Part shown: positions 1-10,945 of the stretch, in pieces
Numbering within the stretch: position 1 is the first letter of the stretch
Layout: every line of letters begins with the position of its first letter
From: an uncultured cyanobacterium
GTDB lineage: Bacteria; Cyanobacteriota; Cyanobacteriia; Cyanobacteriales; CAWUOF01
DNA: 64,000 bases
NCBI GenBank assembly: GCA_963744145.1
Contig: CAVUSO010000001.1
Coordinates: 1,312,001-1,376,000 of the forward strand
Direction: 5' to 3'
Made by a program: the position numbers and the translations under genes
Notes under the pieces: model-generated
What the model saw: the letters and a program-made list of their open reading frames with translations, nothing else
What the model was told of the DNA's origin: nothing
Database searches by the model: none

Positions 1-69
1 CCGCTTTTTTGTTGATTTTGATTAATTTCAGCACAGAAATAGCCATAACCTAAGAATCTGGGGAAAATT

Positions 70-270
70 TTAAGCAGTCTCCAACCAGTCATATATTCGA
101 TCTAACTGTTCAAGTGTGATGAAACCATACTGCCACAGAATCATGGGTAATGGACCTTGATCCTGTTCTTGATGTCGCTGAACCATCGCAATTGAAGATG
201 GACAAATAGCCAAATCTTCTTGTAAAAAATGAATGAGCCGATTATAAGTTATAGGTGCCATTTTATTCAC
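70..270 (-). CDS. DUF2949 family small protein
   Basis: 66 aa with the GPLPMILWQYGFITLEQLDRIYDWL motif typical of cyanobacterial DUF2949. Confidence 0.8.
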   Translation of the reverse strand: MNKMAPITYNRLIHFLQEDLAICPSSIAMVQRHQEQDQGPLPMILWQYGFITLEQLDRIYDWLETA

Positions 271-624
271 CCCTGTGATTAAACCAATTTTGTTACATTA
301 CTCTTGCATCCTTGAGCGACTAGGAGCCAGTCTTTGATCTGTCTAGTGCTAGTAAATCAGTCTTTACTTGCTTAGACATCCGCAGATTCACAGATTCCAG
401 ATTTACCGTACTAATTTGGTACGGTTTTTTTGCTGATCGTAATTTCTGTTTTGAGCAAAGACATGGATGAGAAGGCAAAGTTTGATTAGAAAGCTAAAGC
501 TTTTATGATAAAATCTTTTTTAATTAAGCTTTCTGTTAATTTTCCTACTTAGAATCGCTATTGTAGCAAAGACTTTCAATCACGTCAAGTCTTATATGTT
601 ACTTTTTTCGTAAATTTTTGTAAA

Positions 625-1152
625 TTACTGAGGCAAAAACTCAACAGATACTGAATCACCTAGATTTAAGCCTAATTGGGATGAGCGTCCACCACCTAGC
701 TCAATTACTTGGTCAATTGGGCTTCCGGATGGATATACAGGACAAGGTTCTTGGGTACAGGGAGGAACATTATTGGCGATCGCGACAATTTTCCCCTTCA
801 GGAGAAAAACCATATCCAGATGAATATAGCAGTTTTTCATCCAAAAACTGACCTTCTTAGCTGGGTTAAACAGAAACAGCATTCCCTGATCATCACCGAT
901 CGTCTGACGATACATTAACCCCATTTCTTGTTGAGCTGGAGTCTGAGCTACTTCGAGGTTAATCTTTTTACCTCCCATCATGGCATAGGCAGGAAAATCT
1001 CTTGTTGGATTAAGATTAGAGCTAGGGGAAGGTGTCATCGGATTGACTTGGGAGCGATCGCTTTGGTGAGCAGAACCCAAATGGTCGGGGAAGGAACAAC
1101 CCATTACTATGAAACTTACCATCAGTGCTGACCAAAAATTTTGATTAATCAT
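625..1152 (-). CDS. DUF192 family lipoprotein
   Basis: lipobox-like VMGC; EVAQTPAQQEMGLMYR, GMLFLF, FWMKN and VIELGGG motifs. Confidence 0.85.
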   Translation of the reverse strand: MINQNFWSALMVSFIVMGCSFPDHLGSAHQSDRSQVNPMTPSPSSNLNPTRDFPAYAMMGGKKINLEVAQTPAQQEMGLMYRQTIGDDQGMLFLFNPAKKVSFWMKNCYIHLDMVFLLKGKIVAIANNVPPCTQEPCPVYPSGSPIDQVIELGGGRSSQLGLNLGDSVSVEFLPQ

Positions 1153-1195
1153 GGCTCATTCTGTTCCTTAGCAGATTTTAGATCAAAAGTAATTT

Positions 1196-1891
1196 TTAAG
1201 CTTCTCGTAACACATAACCAACACCCCGGACAGTTTGAATCAAACGTTTTTCCCCATCATCTTCGATTTTGAGACGTAAATAACGAACATAAACCTCAAT
1301 CACATTGGACTCACCCATAAAATCATAACCCCAAACATTTTCCAAAATCTGTTCTCGGGTCAAAACTTCGCGAGGGTGTTCCATCATATATTTAAGTAGT
1401 TCAAACTCTTTCATAGTTAGATCAATAACTCGTCCATTTCGCATCGCACAACGAGTCGCTAGATCTAAAACCAATTCTCCAAACCTTAACTGCTCGGTAT
1501 TACTAGTGTCAGTTTGTAAATACAAACGAACCAAATGCAAAAACTCTTCACTCCGATAGGGTTTGAGAAAATAATCATCAGCTCCAGCTTCCAGACAAGC
1601 TATCCGATCTTCCACCGTATCACGAGCCATCAGCATGAGTACAGGGACACGATTACCCAGACTGCGTAAATGACTACAAAAAGGTAATCCTGTATCTCCA
1701 CCTAGCATCCGATCAACCACGATCAGTGCTGGTTGGAGTTCAGTTGCTCGGAGCAAACCCGTCTTAGGATCATTAGCGATCGCTAGTTCATAACCGGATT
1801 CTTTCAGATCGAGAGTGATGAGTTGAGTAAGAGCTTCGTCAGCTACAACCAACAAGACACAAGGGTGACGATCGCCAGGAATTGTACTCAT
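1196..1891 (-). CDS. nblR: OmpR-family response regulator NblR
   Basis: receiver plus winged helix (VWGYDFMGESNVIEVYVRYLRLKIE); atypical receiver; synteny ycf39 - NAD kinase - nblR - DUF192 - DUF2949. Confidence 0.8.
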   Translation of the reverse strand: MSTIPGDRHPCVLLVVADEALTQLITLDLKESGYELAIANDPKTGLLRATELQPALIVVDRMLGGDTGLPFCSHLRSLGNRVPVLMLMARDTVEDRIACLEAGADDYFLKPYRSEEFLHLVRLYLQTDTSNTEQLRFGELVLDLATRCAMRNGRVIDLTMKEFELLKYMMEHPREVLTREQILENVWGYDFMGESNVIEVYVRYLRLKIEDDGEKRLIQTVRGVGYVLREA

Positions 1892-1965
1892 AAAAGAAAA
1901 GATTAATTATTTCATACCCTGCTGGGGGGAAAATCATACCCGTGCTGGCTGCAAATTTTCTTTTT

Positions 1966-2883
1966 TTATGGTAACTCGACAGAAGTTGGTTTCGCGATAT
2001 GGGGCAGACCCCAACCTAATTTTTCGCGTAAAACATGGAAAAATTCTGGGGGTTGAAGACGAATAAATCGAGCTGGGTAACGCGATCGCTCTATACAAAC
2101 CCGATCATCTGGAAGAACATAACAACCAGCATTTCCATCCACCACCATCACCAATGGATTGGGATTAGCGGGAAAAATCGTCACTGGTTCAGTATTAGCA
2201 AATACCAAAGCTCGGGAAGCTAGGGAATGAGGACAGATCGGTACTAATTGTAACACTGGGACTCCGGGAGTAATAACCGGACCACCGGCGGACAGAGCAT
2301 AAGCGGTCGAACCTGTAGGTGTGGATATAATAATGCCATCTGCGGCAATATCTACAGGTGCGTGTCGTCCCACTTTGATTTCAAAATGACACATACTGGT
2401 GAGTGGTTCGCGATGAATCACTACTTCATTCAAGCAAAGTGCTTCCCAGAGTAAATAATTCTCACGAAACAGTTGAACTGTCAGCATGGAGCGTTTTTCA
2501 ATTTCATACTTTCCGTCTAAAACCATTTCTATCCCTAGAGATAAATGGTTTATATAGAGTTCTGTTAAAAAGCCCATGTGACCAGTATTAACGGTGAGGA
2601 GGGGAATCCTCCAGGGGGCAACTTGGCGAAAAGCGGATAGTACCGTACCATCTCCACCTAATACTACGGCAAATTTCATCTCGCGATCGAACCCTGGAGG
2701 GGCTAGTTGTTCGATGGGGCTATGACAGATGGGTTTATTTGGACTAGAATAGCCCAGAATCCCACCTGCACCAGTAGCCATACAGACTTCCCAACCTAGG
2801 GAGAGGAGCTTGTCTTTTAACTCTTGGGCTACACGACAAGCTACAGGTTTAATATCGTTGTAAATAATCCCAGCTTTGGGCAC
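1966..2883 (-). CDS. nadK: NAD(+) kinase
   Basis: GGDGT, LNE and [15 protein letters not shown] motifs. Confidence 0.95.
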   Translation of the reverse strand: MPKAGIIYNDIKPVACRVAQELKDKLLSLGWEVCMATGAGGILGYSSPNKPICHSPIEQLAPPGFDREMKFAVVLGGDGTVLSAFRQVAPWRIPLLTVNTGHMGFLTELYINHLSLGIEMVLDGKYEIEKRSMLTVQLFRENYLLWEALCLNEVVIHREPLTSMCHFEIKVGRHAPVDIAADGIIISTPTGSTAYALSAGGPVITPGVPVLQLVPICPHSLASRALVFANTEPVTIFPANPNPLVMVVDGNAGCYVLPDDRVCIERSRYPARFIRLQPPEFFHVLREKLGWGLPHIAKPTSVELP

Positions 2884-2979
2884 GCTCTATTTTTGTCGGA
2901 TGGTGATCGTAAATGCAGAAATATCTATTTCCTGGTTAGTTGAAATTCTACCACGAAGTAGAGACAGGAATTAGGATGT

Positions 2980-3957
2980 TTAACGAAAGAGAGTTTTTTT
3001 CGCTTCTGCTTTTTTCTTGATCTTAGTCCGTTCGTAATCTAATTCTTTGAGTTTTTTCAAAATTCGGCTGAAATATTCTTGCATATAGGATTCTAGGGTG
3101 GTAGTTTCCTGGGGGTCTAAGCTAAAAACTTGATAAATTTCCGTCATGGAAGCATTCAGAGGTTGACCGGTTGCTAAGACTTCTACAAATGCTAATCGAT
3201 CGGCGATATTCCCACCCCATTCAAAAAATCTGGCAATCTGACGTACTGCGCGTAAAACGACAAGGGGCATTCTAGTTATTTTAGCTTCTTGTGATGCTAG
3301 CCGTTCACACAAACGGATAATTTCATCAGCAGTCCAAGCACGAGTTCCTACTACGGGAAAGGTTTTATTTGCGGTTTCGGGTAGTGCTAAAGCACGGATC
3401 GCAAATTTAGCGATATCTTGGGTATCCATATAAGCGATCGGTGATGCTTGACCTGTCACCCAAACCGCTTGTTTTTCTAAAATTGGAATGGCATATTGAC
3501 CAATTAAGCCTTGCATAAATCCACACAGACTGAAAATTGTGTAGTTTAATCCTGATTCAGCTAGAAACAATTCGTTACATCGCTTGATTTCCATCAGGGG
3601 GACATGGGGATATTTAGCCGCATCGAGGATGGAAAAGAAGATGTATCTTTCAATATTAGCAGCTTTAGCCGCTTGGATCAGATTGACTTTTCCGTCCCAA
3701 TCCACCTGTTTAATGCTTAAGGAATCGGTAGCTCGCGCTGTCGCTGCATCAATCACTGCGGTAATATTAGCCAACGCTGGTGGTAGGGTTTCTGGTTTAC
3801 ATAAATTTCCCTGGACCAGCTTCGCTCCCCATTCTTTTAAGAAAGCTGCTTTTTTCAGACTCCGGACTAAACAGTGAACTTCGTATCCTTCTTCGATCGC
3901 ACGGCGGGTTATTTGTCTGCCTAATGTGCCTGTGGCACCTACAATTAATAAACTCAT
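2980..3957 (-). CDS. ycf39: Ycf39-like atypical SDR/NmrA family protein
   Basis: GATGTLG Rossmann motif, FLKEWGA, GLIGQYAIPILE; conserved synteny. Confidence 0.8.
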   Translation of the reverse strand: MSLLIVGATGTLGRQITRRAIEEGYEVHCLVRSLKKAAFLKEWGAKLVQGNLCKPETLPPALANITAVIDAATARATDSLSIKQVDWDGKVNLIQAAKAANIERYIFFSILDAAKYPHVPLMEIKRCNELFLAESGLNYTIFSLCGFMQGLIGQYAIPILEKQAVWVTGQASPIAYMDTQDIAKFAIRALALPETANKTFPVVGTRAWTADEIIRLCERLASQEAKITRMPLVVLRAVRQIARFFEWGGNIADRLAFVEVLATGQPLNASMTEIYQVFSLDPQETTTLESYMQEYFSRILKKLKELDYERTKIKKKAEAKKTLFR

Positions 3958-4148
3958 TTATCGCTGAATCTTAATATTTCTATAAGATGGTAACAGGATT
4001 TTCTTATTTTTATACAAAACTTAACAATTAAATTAAGGAAATTTGGCAGAAAAGCCAAAAAAAATAGCCGGGTAATAAGGGACCGTGACCAACAAAAACT
4101 GCGATTGATCGAGCAGAGCTGTTTTGTACCCGCAGAGCTAAATTATTG

Positions 4149-4300
4149 ACCTAACCCTCCAACCCCTTTTCCGACAAGGGATAGGGAGTAATTTAGATGG
4201 TTAAATTGATGGGAGATTTAATCAGCATTCTGCTCCCCTTGACTTTTAGGAGAGAGGTTGGGGGGATCAGATTATATGCAGTTTCATCAAAAATTGGTAT
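4149..4300. repeat. composite short dispersed repeat: CCCT-rich REP-like arms plus a MITE end (…TTTCATCAAAAATTGGTAT)
   Basis: 4276-4300 is the reverse complement of the left end of the 7053-7134 element; 4149-4190 and 4233-4270 are imperfectly inverted. Confidence 0.55.
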
Positions 4301-4340
4301 AAAAAAATAAAAACCCCCAGGAGGTTAAGCTTGGGGGTAT
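4301..4340 (-). terminator. intrinsic terminator with no upstream minus-strand CDS (possible sRNA 3' end)
   Basis: minus strand reads ACCCCCAAG-loop-CTGGGGGT followed by TTTTATTTTTTT. Confidence 0.6.
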
Positions 4341-4489
4341 TAATATCAGGGTGCATTTACAAGATGGTTATTCTGACCTGGTATGATCAGATCCGGATCA
4401 ATTTGCCAAAAAGTTCTTTGGGATTAAGCGTGATAATATCTACCTAGTGATTATTTGGCTAAAAAAAGATTATATAATTGGCCTAAATT

Positions 4490-7036
4490 ATGTTAGTTAC
4501 TACCGATCATGACCATTATTCTTTACTAGCTGAACTAGGAGAGTCTTACCAATCAAACCATCCCCTGGAAAAGAAACAGTGGGTGGAAGTTTTAGTAGAC
4601 TGTCCAGGGGTGATCGGACTTTTTACTTATCGATTACCAGTCAACCTGGAAGTAAATCCCGGAGATATTTTAAGTGTTCCCTTTGGAACTCAACAGGTAG
4701 GAGCGATCGCGATTAGACTGATCGCTCAACCACCACCAAATCTACCATTAGCAAAAATTCGTGATATTGAAGATATAATTACCACAGGTTTTTTCCCTCC
4801 GACCTATTGGGAACTACTGGAGCGAGTAGCTGCTTATTATTATACACCATTGATCCAAGTCATTAAAACTGCTTTACCACCAGGATTACTAGGACGATCG
4901 CAACTGCGGATTCGACTAACTCAAACTGATGAAAAACCGGAAAAGTTCGACCAACCTGGGACAAAAATTTTTCTGACCCACACTGCTCGTCAGATTTGGC
5001 AATTATTACAAGTTTCACCCACGAGAGATTATACTTGTAAATATATTCAACGACAGGTAAAAGGGGCTGACCGGGGACTGAAAGAATTAGTCAAACATGG
5101 TTTAGTCGAACGCTATTTAGAACCCCCCAAAGCACAACGAAGCAAACAACAAAAAGCGATTATTTTAGTTACTAATAATTCGACGTTGGAACTTACATCT
5201 CGTCAACAGGAAGTCTTAGAAATTTTAAAGCGTCAGGGGGGGGAAATGTGGTTAACTCAGTTTTTGCAAATCCCCCAAGTTACTGATCCAATAGTCAAAA
5301 AATTAGTCCAAAAAGGCTGTGTTATACTGCAAGAACGAGAAGTATTACGCATAGCTAAATCCCCAGATCAGGAAGCAGATCAACCGAAAATATTGACAAA
5401 TAATCAACAATCTGCTGTGGCAGAAATTAATAAAATAACTGGATATGCAAAAATCCTATTACATGGAGTCACCGGTTCTGGGAAAACAGAAGTTTATTTA
5501 CAAGCGATCGCACCAATCATCACATCAGGAAAATCGGCTCTTGTGTTAGTTCCAGAAATCGGATTAACCCCCCAACTAACTGACAGATTTAAAGCCCGTT
5601 TTGGTGAAAAAGTTTATGTTTATCATAGCGGTTTATCCGCAGGAGAACGCTTTGATACTTGGAGACAAATGCTCATGGGTGAACCCCAAATTATTATTGG
5701 TACTCGTTCAGCTATATTTGCTCCTTTACCCCAATTAGGTTTAATTATCCTCGATGAAGAATATGATAGTAGTTATAAACAAGACCAACCTATTCCCACT
5801 TACCATGCAAGGACAGTAGCAAATTGGAGAGCAGAATTAGAAAATTGTCCTTTAGTGTTAGGATCAGCTACTCCCTCCTTAGAAACTTGGGTAGATATCG
5901 CTCAAAACTGCATTAACAAAGAACCGGATCAAATTAACTATTATCTATCTTTACCAGAACGAATTCAAGCGCGACCTATGCCCCCGATCGAAGTGGTGGA
6001 TATGCGTCGAGAATTACGACTAGGTAATCGTTCAATTTTTAGTTTGTCACTGCAATCAGCATTAAAACAATTATCTGCACAAAAACAACAGGGAATCTTA
6101 TTTATTCATCGACGTGGACATAGCACCTTTGTTTCTTGTCGCAGTTGCGGTTATGTAATTGAGTGCCCTAACTGTGATGTATCTTTAGCCTATCATTATA
6201 CTGATGAGGGAGCAACACAGTTATTAAGATGTCATTATTGTAATTATGTGCAATTACATCCAGATTGTTGCCCAGAATGTACCTCACCTTATCTCAAAAA
6301 TTTTGGGAGTGGTACACAAAGAGTTGAAGAAGAATTAAAGCGAGACTTTCCCCAATTACGTTCTATTCGCTTTGATAGTGATACTACTAGAACCAAAGAT
6401 GCACATCGAATTTTATTAACCAAATTTGCTAATGGGGAAGCCGATCTTTTAATCGGTACACAAATGTTAACTAAGGGATTAGACTTACCTCAAGTAACTT
6501 TAGTGGGAGTCGTTGCAGCTGATGGATTATTAAATTTAGCAGATTATCGAGCGAGTGAAAGAGGATTTCAAACTTTAACTCAAGTAGCAGGTCGAGCTGG
6601 GAGAGGAGCAGATCCTGGTCGAGTAATTTTGCAAACTTATACACCGGATCATCCTGTTATTTTAGCCGTAAAACGACATGAATATGAATCTTTTATTGAG
6701 ACAGAATTACAAACAAGAAGATATTTGAATTATCCTCCCTATGGACGTTTAATTTTGTTACGTCTGAGTGGAATAGATGAAGCAGAAGTAGAACAAACTG
6801 CTCAAAATTTAGCCCAAATCTTACAACCAGCAGATGATGCTCTGATCTTAGGGTATGAGGTGTTAGGACCAGCACCAGCTACAATTATGCGGATAGCTAA
6901 TCGTTATCGGTGGCAAATTTTGCTCAAGTTTTCTCCTCAAAACCTAGTCAAATTACCTGATTGGGAGCAGTTACGCGATCGCTGTCCCCCTTCCGTCAAT
7001 CTGACTATTGATGTTGATCCACTGAATGTGGGTTAG
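4490..7036 (+). CDS. priA: primosomal protein N' (PriA helicase)
   Basis: GVTGSGKTEVY Walker A, four CxxC Zn motifs, QVAGRAGR motif VI, IDVDP C-terminus. Confidence 0.95.
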   Translation: MLVTTDHDHYSLLAELGESYQSNHPLEKKQWVEVLVDCPGVIGLFTYRLPVNLEVNPGDILSVPFGTQQVGAIAIRLIAQPPPNLPLAKIRDIEDIITTGFFPPTYWELLERVAAYYYTPLIQVIKTALPPGLLGRSQLRIRLTQTDEKPEKFDQPGTKIFLTHTARQIWQLLQVSPTRDYTCKYIQRQVKGADRGLKELVKHGLVERYLEPPKAQRSKQQKAIILVTNNSTLELTSRQQEVLEILKRQGGEMWLTQFLQIPQVTDPIVKKLVQKGCVILQEREVLRIAKSPDQEADQPKILTNNQQSAVAEINKITGYAKILLHGVTGSGKTEVYLQAIAPIITSGKSALVLVPEIGLTPQLTDRFKARFGEKVYVYHSGLSAGERFDTWRQMLMGEPQIIIGTRSAIFAPLPQLGLIILDEEYDSSYKQDQPIPTYHARTVANWRAELENCPLVLGSATPSLETWVDIAQNCINKEPDQINYYLSLPERIQARPMPPIEVVDMRRELRLGNRSIFSLSLQSALKQLSAQKQQGILFIHRRGHSTFVSCRSCGYVIECPNCDVSLAYHYTDEGATQLLRCHYCNYVQLHPDCCPECTSPYLKNFGSGTQRVEEELKRDFPQLRSIRFDSDTTRTKDAHRILLTKFANGEADLLIGTQMLTKGLDLPQVTLVGVVAADGLLNLADYRASERGFQTLTQVAGRAGRGADPGRVILQTYTPDHPVILAVKRHEYESFIETELQTRRYLNYPPYGRLILLRLSGIDEAEVEQTAQNLAQILQPADDALILGYEVLGPAPATIMRIANRYRWQILLKFSPQNLVKLPDWEQLRDRCPPSVNLTIDVDPLNVG

Positions 7037-7052
7037 CATTTATGATAGTCTA

Positions 7053-7134
7053 ATCCCAATTTTTGATGAAGCTGCATAAAATTGATCCTAAGCCGGGGGA
7101 TCTAGCTCTGTGCAACTTCACATTAAATTGGTAT
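7053..7134. mobile_element. MITE with AT(A/C)CCAATT terminal inverted repeats
   Basis: ATCCCAATTTTTGATGAAGCTGCATA … TGTGCAACTTCACATTAAATTGGTAT; related ends at 4276-4300 and 46568-46606. Confidence 0.65.
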
Positions 7135-7166
7135 AACTAGTTGAACAAGTTGACCGATCAATTTCG

Positions 7167-7757
7167 TTAATTAAATAGCTGCTCAACAGTCAGAGAAAAT
7201 GCCTGAACTACCGCCGATGCGATCGGATCACTACCCTTAAACACCTTGTCTTCATAAGCTCCGTCAACCCAATTGCAGATGGTAATCTGTTGTTCTTGAG
7301 GATCAACGATCCAATACTCCAGAATGCGTCGAGCAGCATACTCAGTTCGCTGGTGTCGATAGTCACGGAGACGATTTGTGGCACCAGGACTAACCACTTC
7401 AATCACCAGAGCAGGGGGTGGTAGATCGCGGGTGATTGTTGCCCTTGTTTTCCCTTCTAGAGCAGCAGCTGCTTCTGGTGTCAGAACCACCAGATCGGGA
7501 CATCTTGTATTGGCTAACCGTCCACTGACTTCAATTTCAGTGTTCCAGGCAATCAGGTGTTCGGGAGTGTGTTTAGCAATTTCTAGCAAGATTTTAACGG
7601 CGATAGCATTGTTTTTTCTGGTTTCTGGTGGCATTTCTACTAGTTCTCCGTCCACCAATTCGTAGCGGGTGTCGGTGTGGTCGTCATAGGCGAGATATTC
7701 CTCGAAGGTCATGAGTTTGGGTTTGGATGAGGCGGTTTGGGTCATGGCGGTATTCAC
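7167..7757 (-). CDS. Uma2 (DUF820) family endonuclease
   Basis: [35 protein letters not shown]. Confidence 0.9.
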   Translation of the reverse strand: MNTAMTQTASSKPKLMTFEEYLAYDDHTDTRYELVDGELVEMPPETRKNNAIAVKILLEIAKHTPEHLIAWNTEIEVSGRLANTRCPDLVVLTPEAAAALEGKTRATITRDLPPPALVIEVVSPGATNRLRDYRHQRTEYAARRILEYWIVDPQEQQITICNWVDGAYEDKVFKGSDPIASAVVQAFSLTVEQLFN

Positions 7758-7828
7758 CTCTCAAGGATGGCAGAGTTCGGATAGTTCCAACGAGATAAAT
7801 TCTCTGGTAATTTTACTATATTTGTGAT

Positions 7829-10800
7829 CTAAATAGATAAACTGATTTGAGAACCATTGGGAGTTTTCAAAATTTCAATTCGAGACTGAAAGGCTTCTTT
7901 AAAATAAGGCATATGTGTTACAGCTAGAATGCAGGAAAAATCAGTTGCGATCGCGTTAATCGCAGCAATTAAGCGATCGCAACCTTCTTGATCTTGGGTG
8001 CCAAATCCTTCATCTACAATTAACATTTGCAAAGCTGTACCTGCTTTTTGAGCGAGCATTTTCGCTAAAGCTAAACGAATTGAGAAGTTAATCCGAAATG
8101 CTTCTCCTCCGGAATAGGTTTCATAGGGTCTCGTCCCATTTGCATCAGCAATGACAATATCTAAGGTATCAATTAATTTACTAGCACCTTTAGCTGTAGA
8201 ACGCCCTTTTTTTCCAGCTTTTTGTGTCACAAACTGTACATGTAATTGGTTCGCACTTAACCGAGCTAAAAATTGATTTGTTTCTGCTTCTAATTGGGGC
8301 AAAACATTTTCAATCATTAGTGCTTGAATCCCATTCTTACCAAAAGCTTGTGCTAATTCTTGATAAATTCGATATTGCTTCCGGGTCGTTTGAAGATGAG
8401 TTTTTTGTTCATCCAGTTGAGCCTGAAGAATGGTAAAATGTTGCTGTTGTTGTTGTAACCTTCCACTGGTCGCTATTTGCTCATCGAGTTGACGACGACG
8501 ATCTTGCATTTTTTCTTCTAAAGCTTTAATCTCTATCTCAAATTTTGGCATTGATTCTAGTTGTTGGTTCAGCAATTGGATTTGCTCCATTATGGTTTTT
8601 AAATCCTGCGATCGCTTGTCTTTTTGCTGCATTAATTCACTAATTCGATTGACTATTTGGGGAAATTGCTCCTTCCCTCGACCTAATTCTTGATAACGGA
8701 ATTGCCATTTTTGCTCATTTTGCCGTTGTTTAATTAAGTTATTATGATGTTCTCGCTCATACCCAATTTCACTTAAACGTTTCTCTAGTGCATCAAGATT
8801 CCAACGTAAGGATGAACGAGTTTGTAATTCTTCGATTTTATTTTGTAGAATGGTAATTTGGGTTTCTAGCTCAGGACGACGTAGGTTAATTTGTCCCTGT
8901 TTCTTGTTAGCATCTTTGATCTTTTCCTGCTTAATTTCAGCCCAACGCCAACGCTCTACTTGACCCCGGGCTAGAGCATGATCTTTTTCATTATAATTAA
9001 GTTGAGCTAATTTCTGTTCGATTTGGTGTAATTCTTGCTGTAATTCGCTCCCATAATCTCCCGCTTTGAGCGATCGCTCTAAATGATCTACTTCTTGGGT
9101 GATTTCTTGGATGCGATATTGCAGATCAGCGGTGAGATTTAATTGCGCTTGGAGTTGTCCCCGTTTTTCTACGGCATTTTCATATTGTGATAGTTCTTGA
9201 TCTAATTGTCGGTATTCTTCCCGTAATACTTGAATTTCTCGTTCTGATACGGTGAGCTGTTCTCTTACTACCCAAAGATGATTGAGCAGTTCTTGTTGTT
9301 TGCTTTGTTGTTTTTGCACAACTAAGTTCCAATGATGTTCGTCTAAAGGTCGATCGCATAATGGACAAACTGCATCGGGATTTTGCAGTAGTTGCACTTT
9401 TTGCTCTAGTTCAGCTAAGTGTGCTTCATAATTACGTTGATGTGCTTGGAGACGTTCCATGAAACTACGTCTTTCTAATCCTTTTTCACGTACCCGTTGT
9501 TGATAAATTCGTTTTTTTTCTAAATTAGTAATTTGTCCGCTAACTTCCATCACTGCTTGTTGAAGTTGGGGTTGACGTTGTTGTTGGACTTGTAATTGAC
9601 GCGCTGAGGAATATAATTCTTGTAATCTGGCGCTAATTTTTGCCTGAGCTCGATCTATTTCACTGTGCAGTTTTTGTTGACGTTGTACAAGTGGTGAAAC
9701 TTCCATTTGTAACCGATCTAAATAAATCACCCGATCGCGAGCTATTTGTAGTTGTTCTACTCCAGCTTCAATTTCATTCTGTTTCGCGAGAATGTCTTTA
9801 ATTTCTTGTTCTTGTTGTAAGAGTAATTCTAATTTCGTTTTAGTTTGATTTAGCTCGGTTTGGAGGTTATTAGTTTCTTGAGTTAGCTGTTGTTGCAACA
9901 TTTGCCGACGTTCTTGGGTGTCTTGATAGGCTTGAAATTTTGCTGCTTGCACTTCTTCTTGGGCTTGAAGTTGTTGCCAATTAGCATAACCAGAGACTAT
10001 TATACTTTCTTGTTCTAATAATGATTCTAGTTCTTTTTGTTGCTGTTGGGTATGATTTAATTCTTGTTCTAGACGACGATATTCGACTCCAATATTTTGA
10101 TATTCTTGTTTTTGCCAATTTAATCGCTGTTCCCAGGTTTGTCTTCCATGTTGTTGGGTTTGTAATTGTAATAGTTGTTGTTGATCTGCGGTTTGATCTG
10201 CTTGAAGTTGAACTACATTCGCTTCAACTGCTCCTAACTTTTGGGCAATTTCTTCTCGCTGCTGTAATTGATTTTCAATCGATTCTAGATTCTGCTCTAA
10301 CCATTCTAATTGCCCTTTTAATTGCCGAGATTTATCCTTAGCTTGTTCTGCTAATTTGTCATATTGAGAGAGTTTGAGTAAATCTGCTAAAATTTGTTTG
10401 CGATCGCTAGGTCGCTTGAGCATAAATTCATCCGCACGACCTTGACGGAGATAAGCGGAATTAATAAAAGTTTCGTAATCGAGTTTGAGGTGTTGGATGA
10501 TAATTTGCTGGGTGGAACGTAATCCTTTTTCGGTTAGAGGTCGAAAATTGGGACGATCCCCTTGAAAGTCTGTAGCGATTTGAAATTCTAAGGAAGATGA
10601 TTGTCCTCTCTGTCTGGTCCGAATTACACGATATATTGATGAATGACTTTGCAAGATGAAATCTACTCGGACTTCTTTAGCACCAATATGAATAATATCA
10701 TCTTCTGCTGCTACCCGACTCATTCCCCAAATTGCCCAAGCGATCGCTTCGAGCAGGGAAGATTTACCTGCACCATTGGGCCCGCAGATGCAAGCGATAT

Positions 10801-10873
10801 GTAATCCGCGAAAGTCTAGGGTAGTTTCACGATAGCTCAGAAAATTTTTCAGGGTAATTTGGAGGGGAATCAT
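7829..10873 (-). CDS. sbcC: SbcC (Rad50-like) exonuclease ATPase subunit
   Basis: GPNGAGKSS Walker A, long coiled coil with CPLC zinc hook, YSGGE signature, VDEGFGTQD Walker B. Confidence 0.93.
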   Translation of the reverse strand: MIPLQITLKNFLSYRETTLDFRGLHIACICGPNGAGKSSLLEAIAWAIWGMSRVAAEDDIIHIGAKEVRVDFILQSHSSIYRVIRTRQRGQSSSLEFQIATDFQGDRPNFRPLTEKGLRSTQQIIIQHLKLDYETFINSAYLRQGRADEFMLKRPSDRKQILADLLKLSQYDKLAEQAKDKSRQLKGQLEWLEQNLESIENQLQQREEIAQKLGAVEANVVQLQADQTADQQQLLQLQTQQHGRQTWEQRLNWQKQEYQNIGVEYRRLEQELNHTQQQQKELESLLEQESIIVSGYANWQQLQAQEEVQAAKFQAYQDTQERRQMLQQQLTQETNNLQTELNQTKTKLELLLQQEQEIKDILAKQNEIEAGVEQLQIARDRVIYLDRLQMEVSPLVQRQQKLHSEIDRAQAKISARLQELYSSARQLQVQQQRQPQLQQAVMEVSGQITNLEKKRIYQQRVREKGLERRSFMERLQAHQRNYEAHLAELEQKVQLLQNPDAVCPLCDRPLDEHHWNLVVQKQQSKQQELLNHLWVVREQLTVSEREIQVLREEYRQLDQELSQYENAVEKRGQLQAQLNLTADLQYRIQEITQEVDHLERSLKAGDYGSELQQELHQIEQKLAQLNYNEKDHALARGQVERWRWAEIKQEKIKDANKKQGQINLRRPELETQITILQNKIEELQTRSSLRWNLDALEKRLSEIGYEREHHNNLIKQRQNEQKWQFRYQELGRGKEQFPQIVNRISELMQQKDKRSQDLKTIMEQIQLLNQQLESMPKFEIEIKALEEKMQDRRRQLDEQIATSGRLQQQQQHFTILQAQLDEQKTHLQTTRKQYRIYQELAQAFGKNGIQALMIENVLPQLEAETNQFLARLSANQLHVQFVTQKAGKKGRSTAKGASKLIDTLDIVIADANGTRPYETYSGGEAFRINFSIRLALAKMLAQKAGTALQMLIVDEGFGTQDQEGCDRLIAAINAIATDFSCILAVTHMPYFKEAFQSRIEILKTPNGSQISLSI

Positions 10874-10945
10874 TATGATGATTAATGTACGGATACGAAT
10901 GAGGCTTCAAAATATCAATGTACTCTATGCGAGGAATATTTGTAA

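Noticed and set aside
3960..4490. petM expected upstream of ycf39
   Set aside because: No PetM-like hydrophobic ORF seen by eye; the region is occupied by repeats.
7829..10873. sbcC without adjacent sbcD
   Set aside because: Unlinked sbcC and sbcD is common in cyanobacteria.
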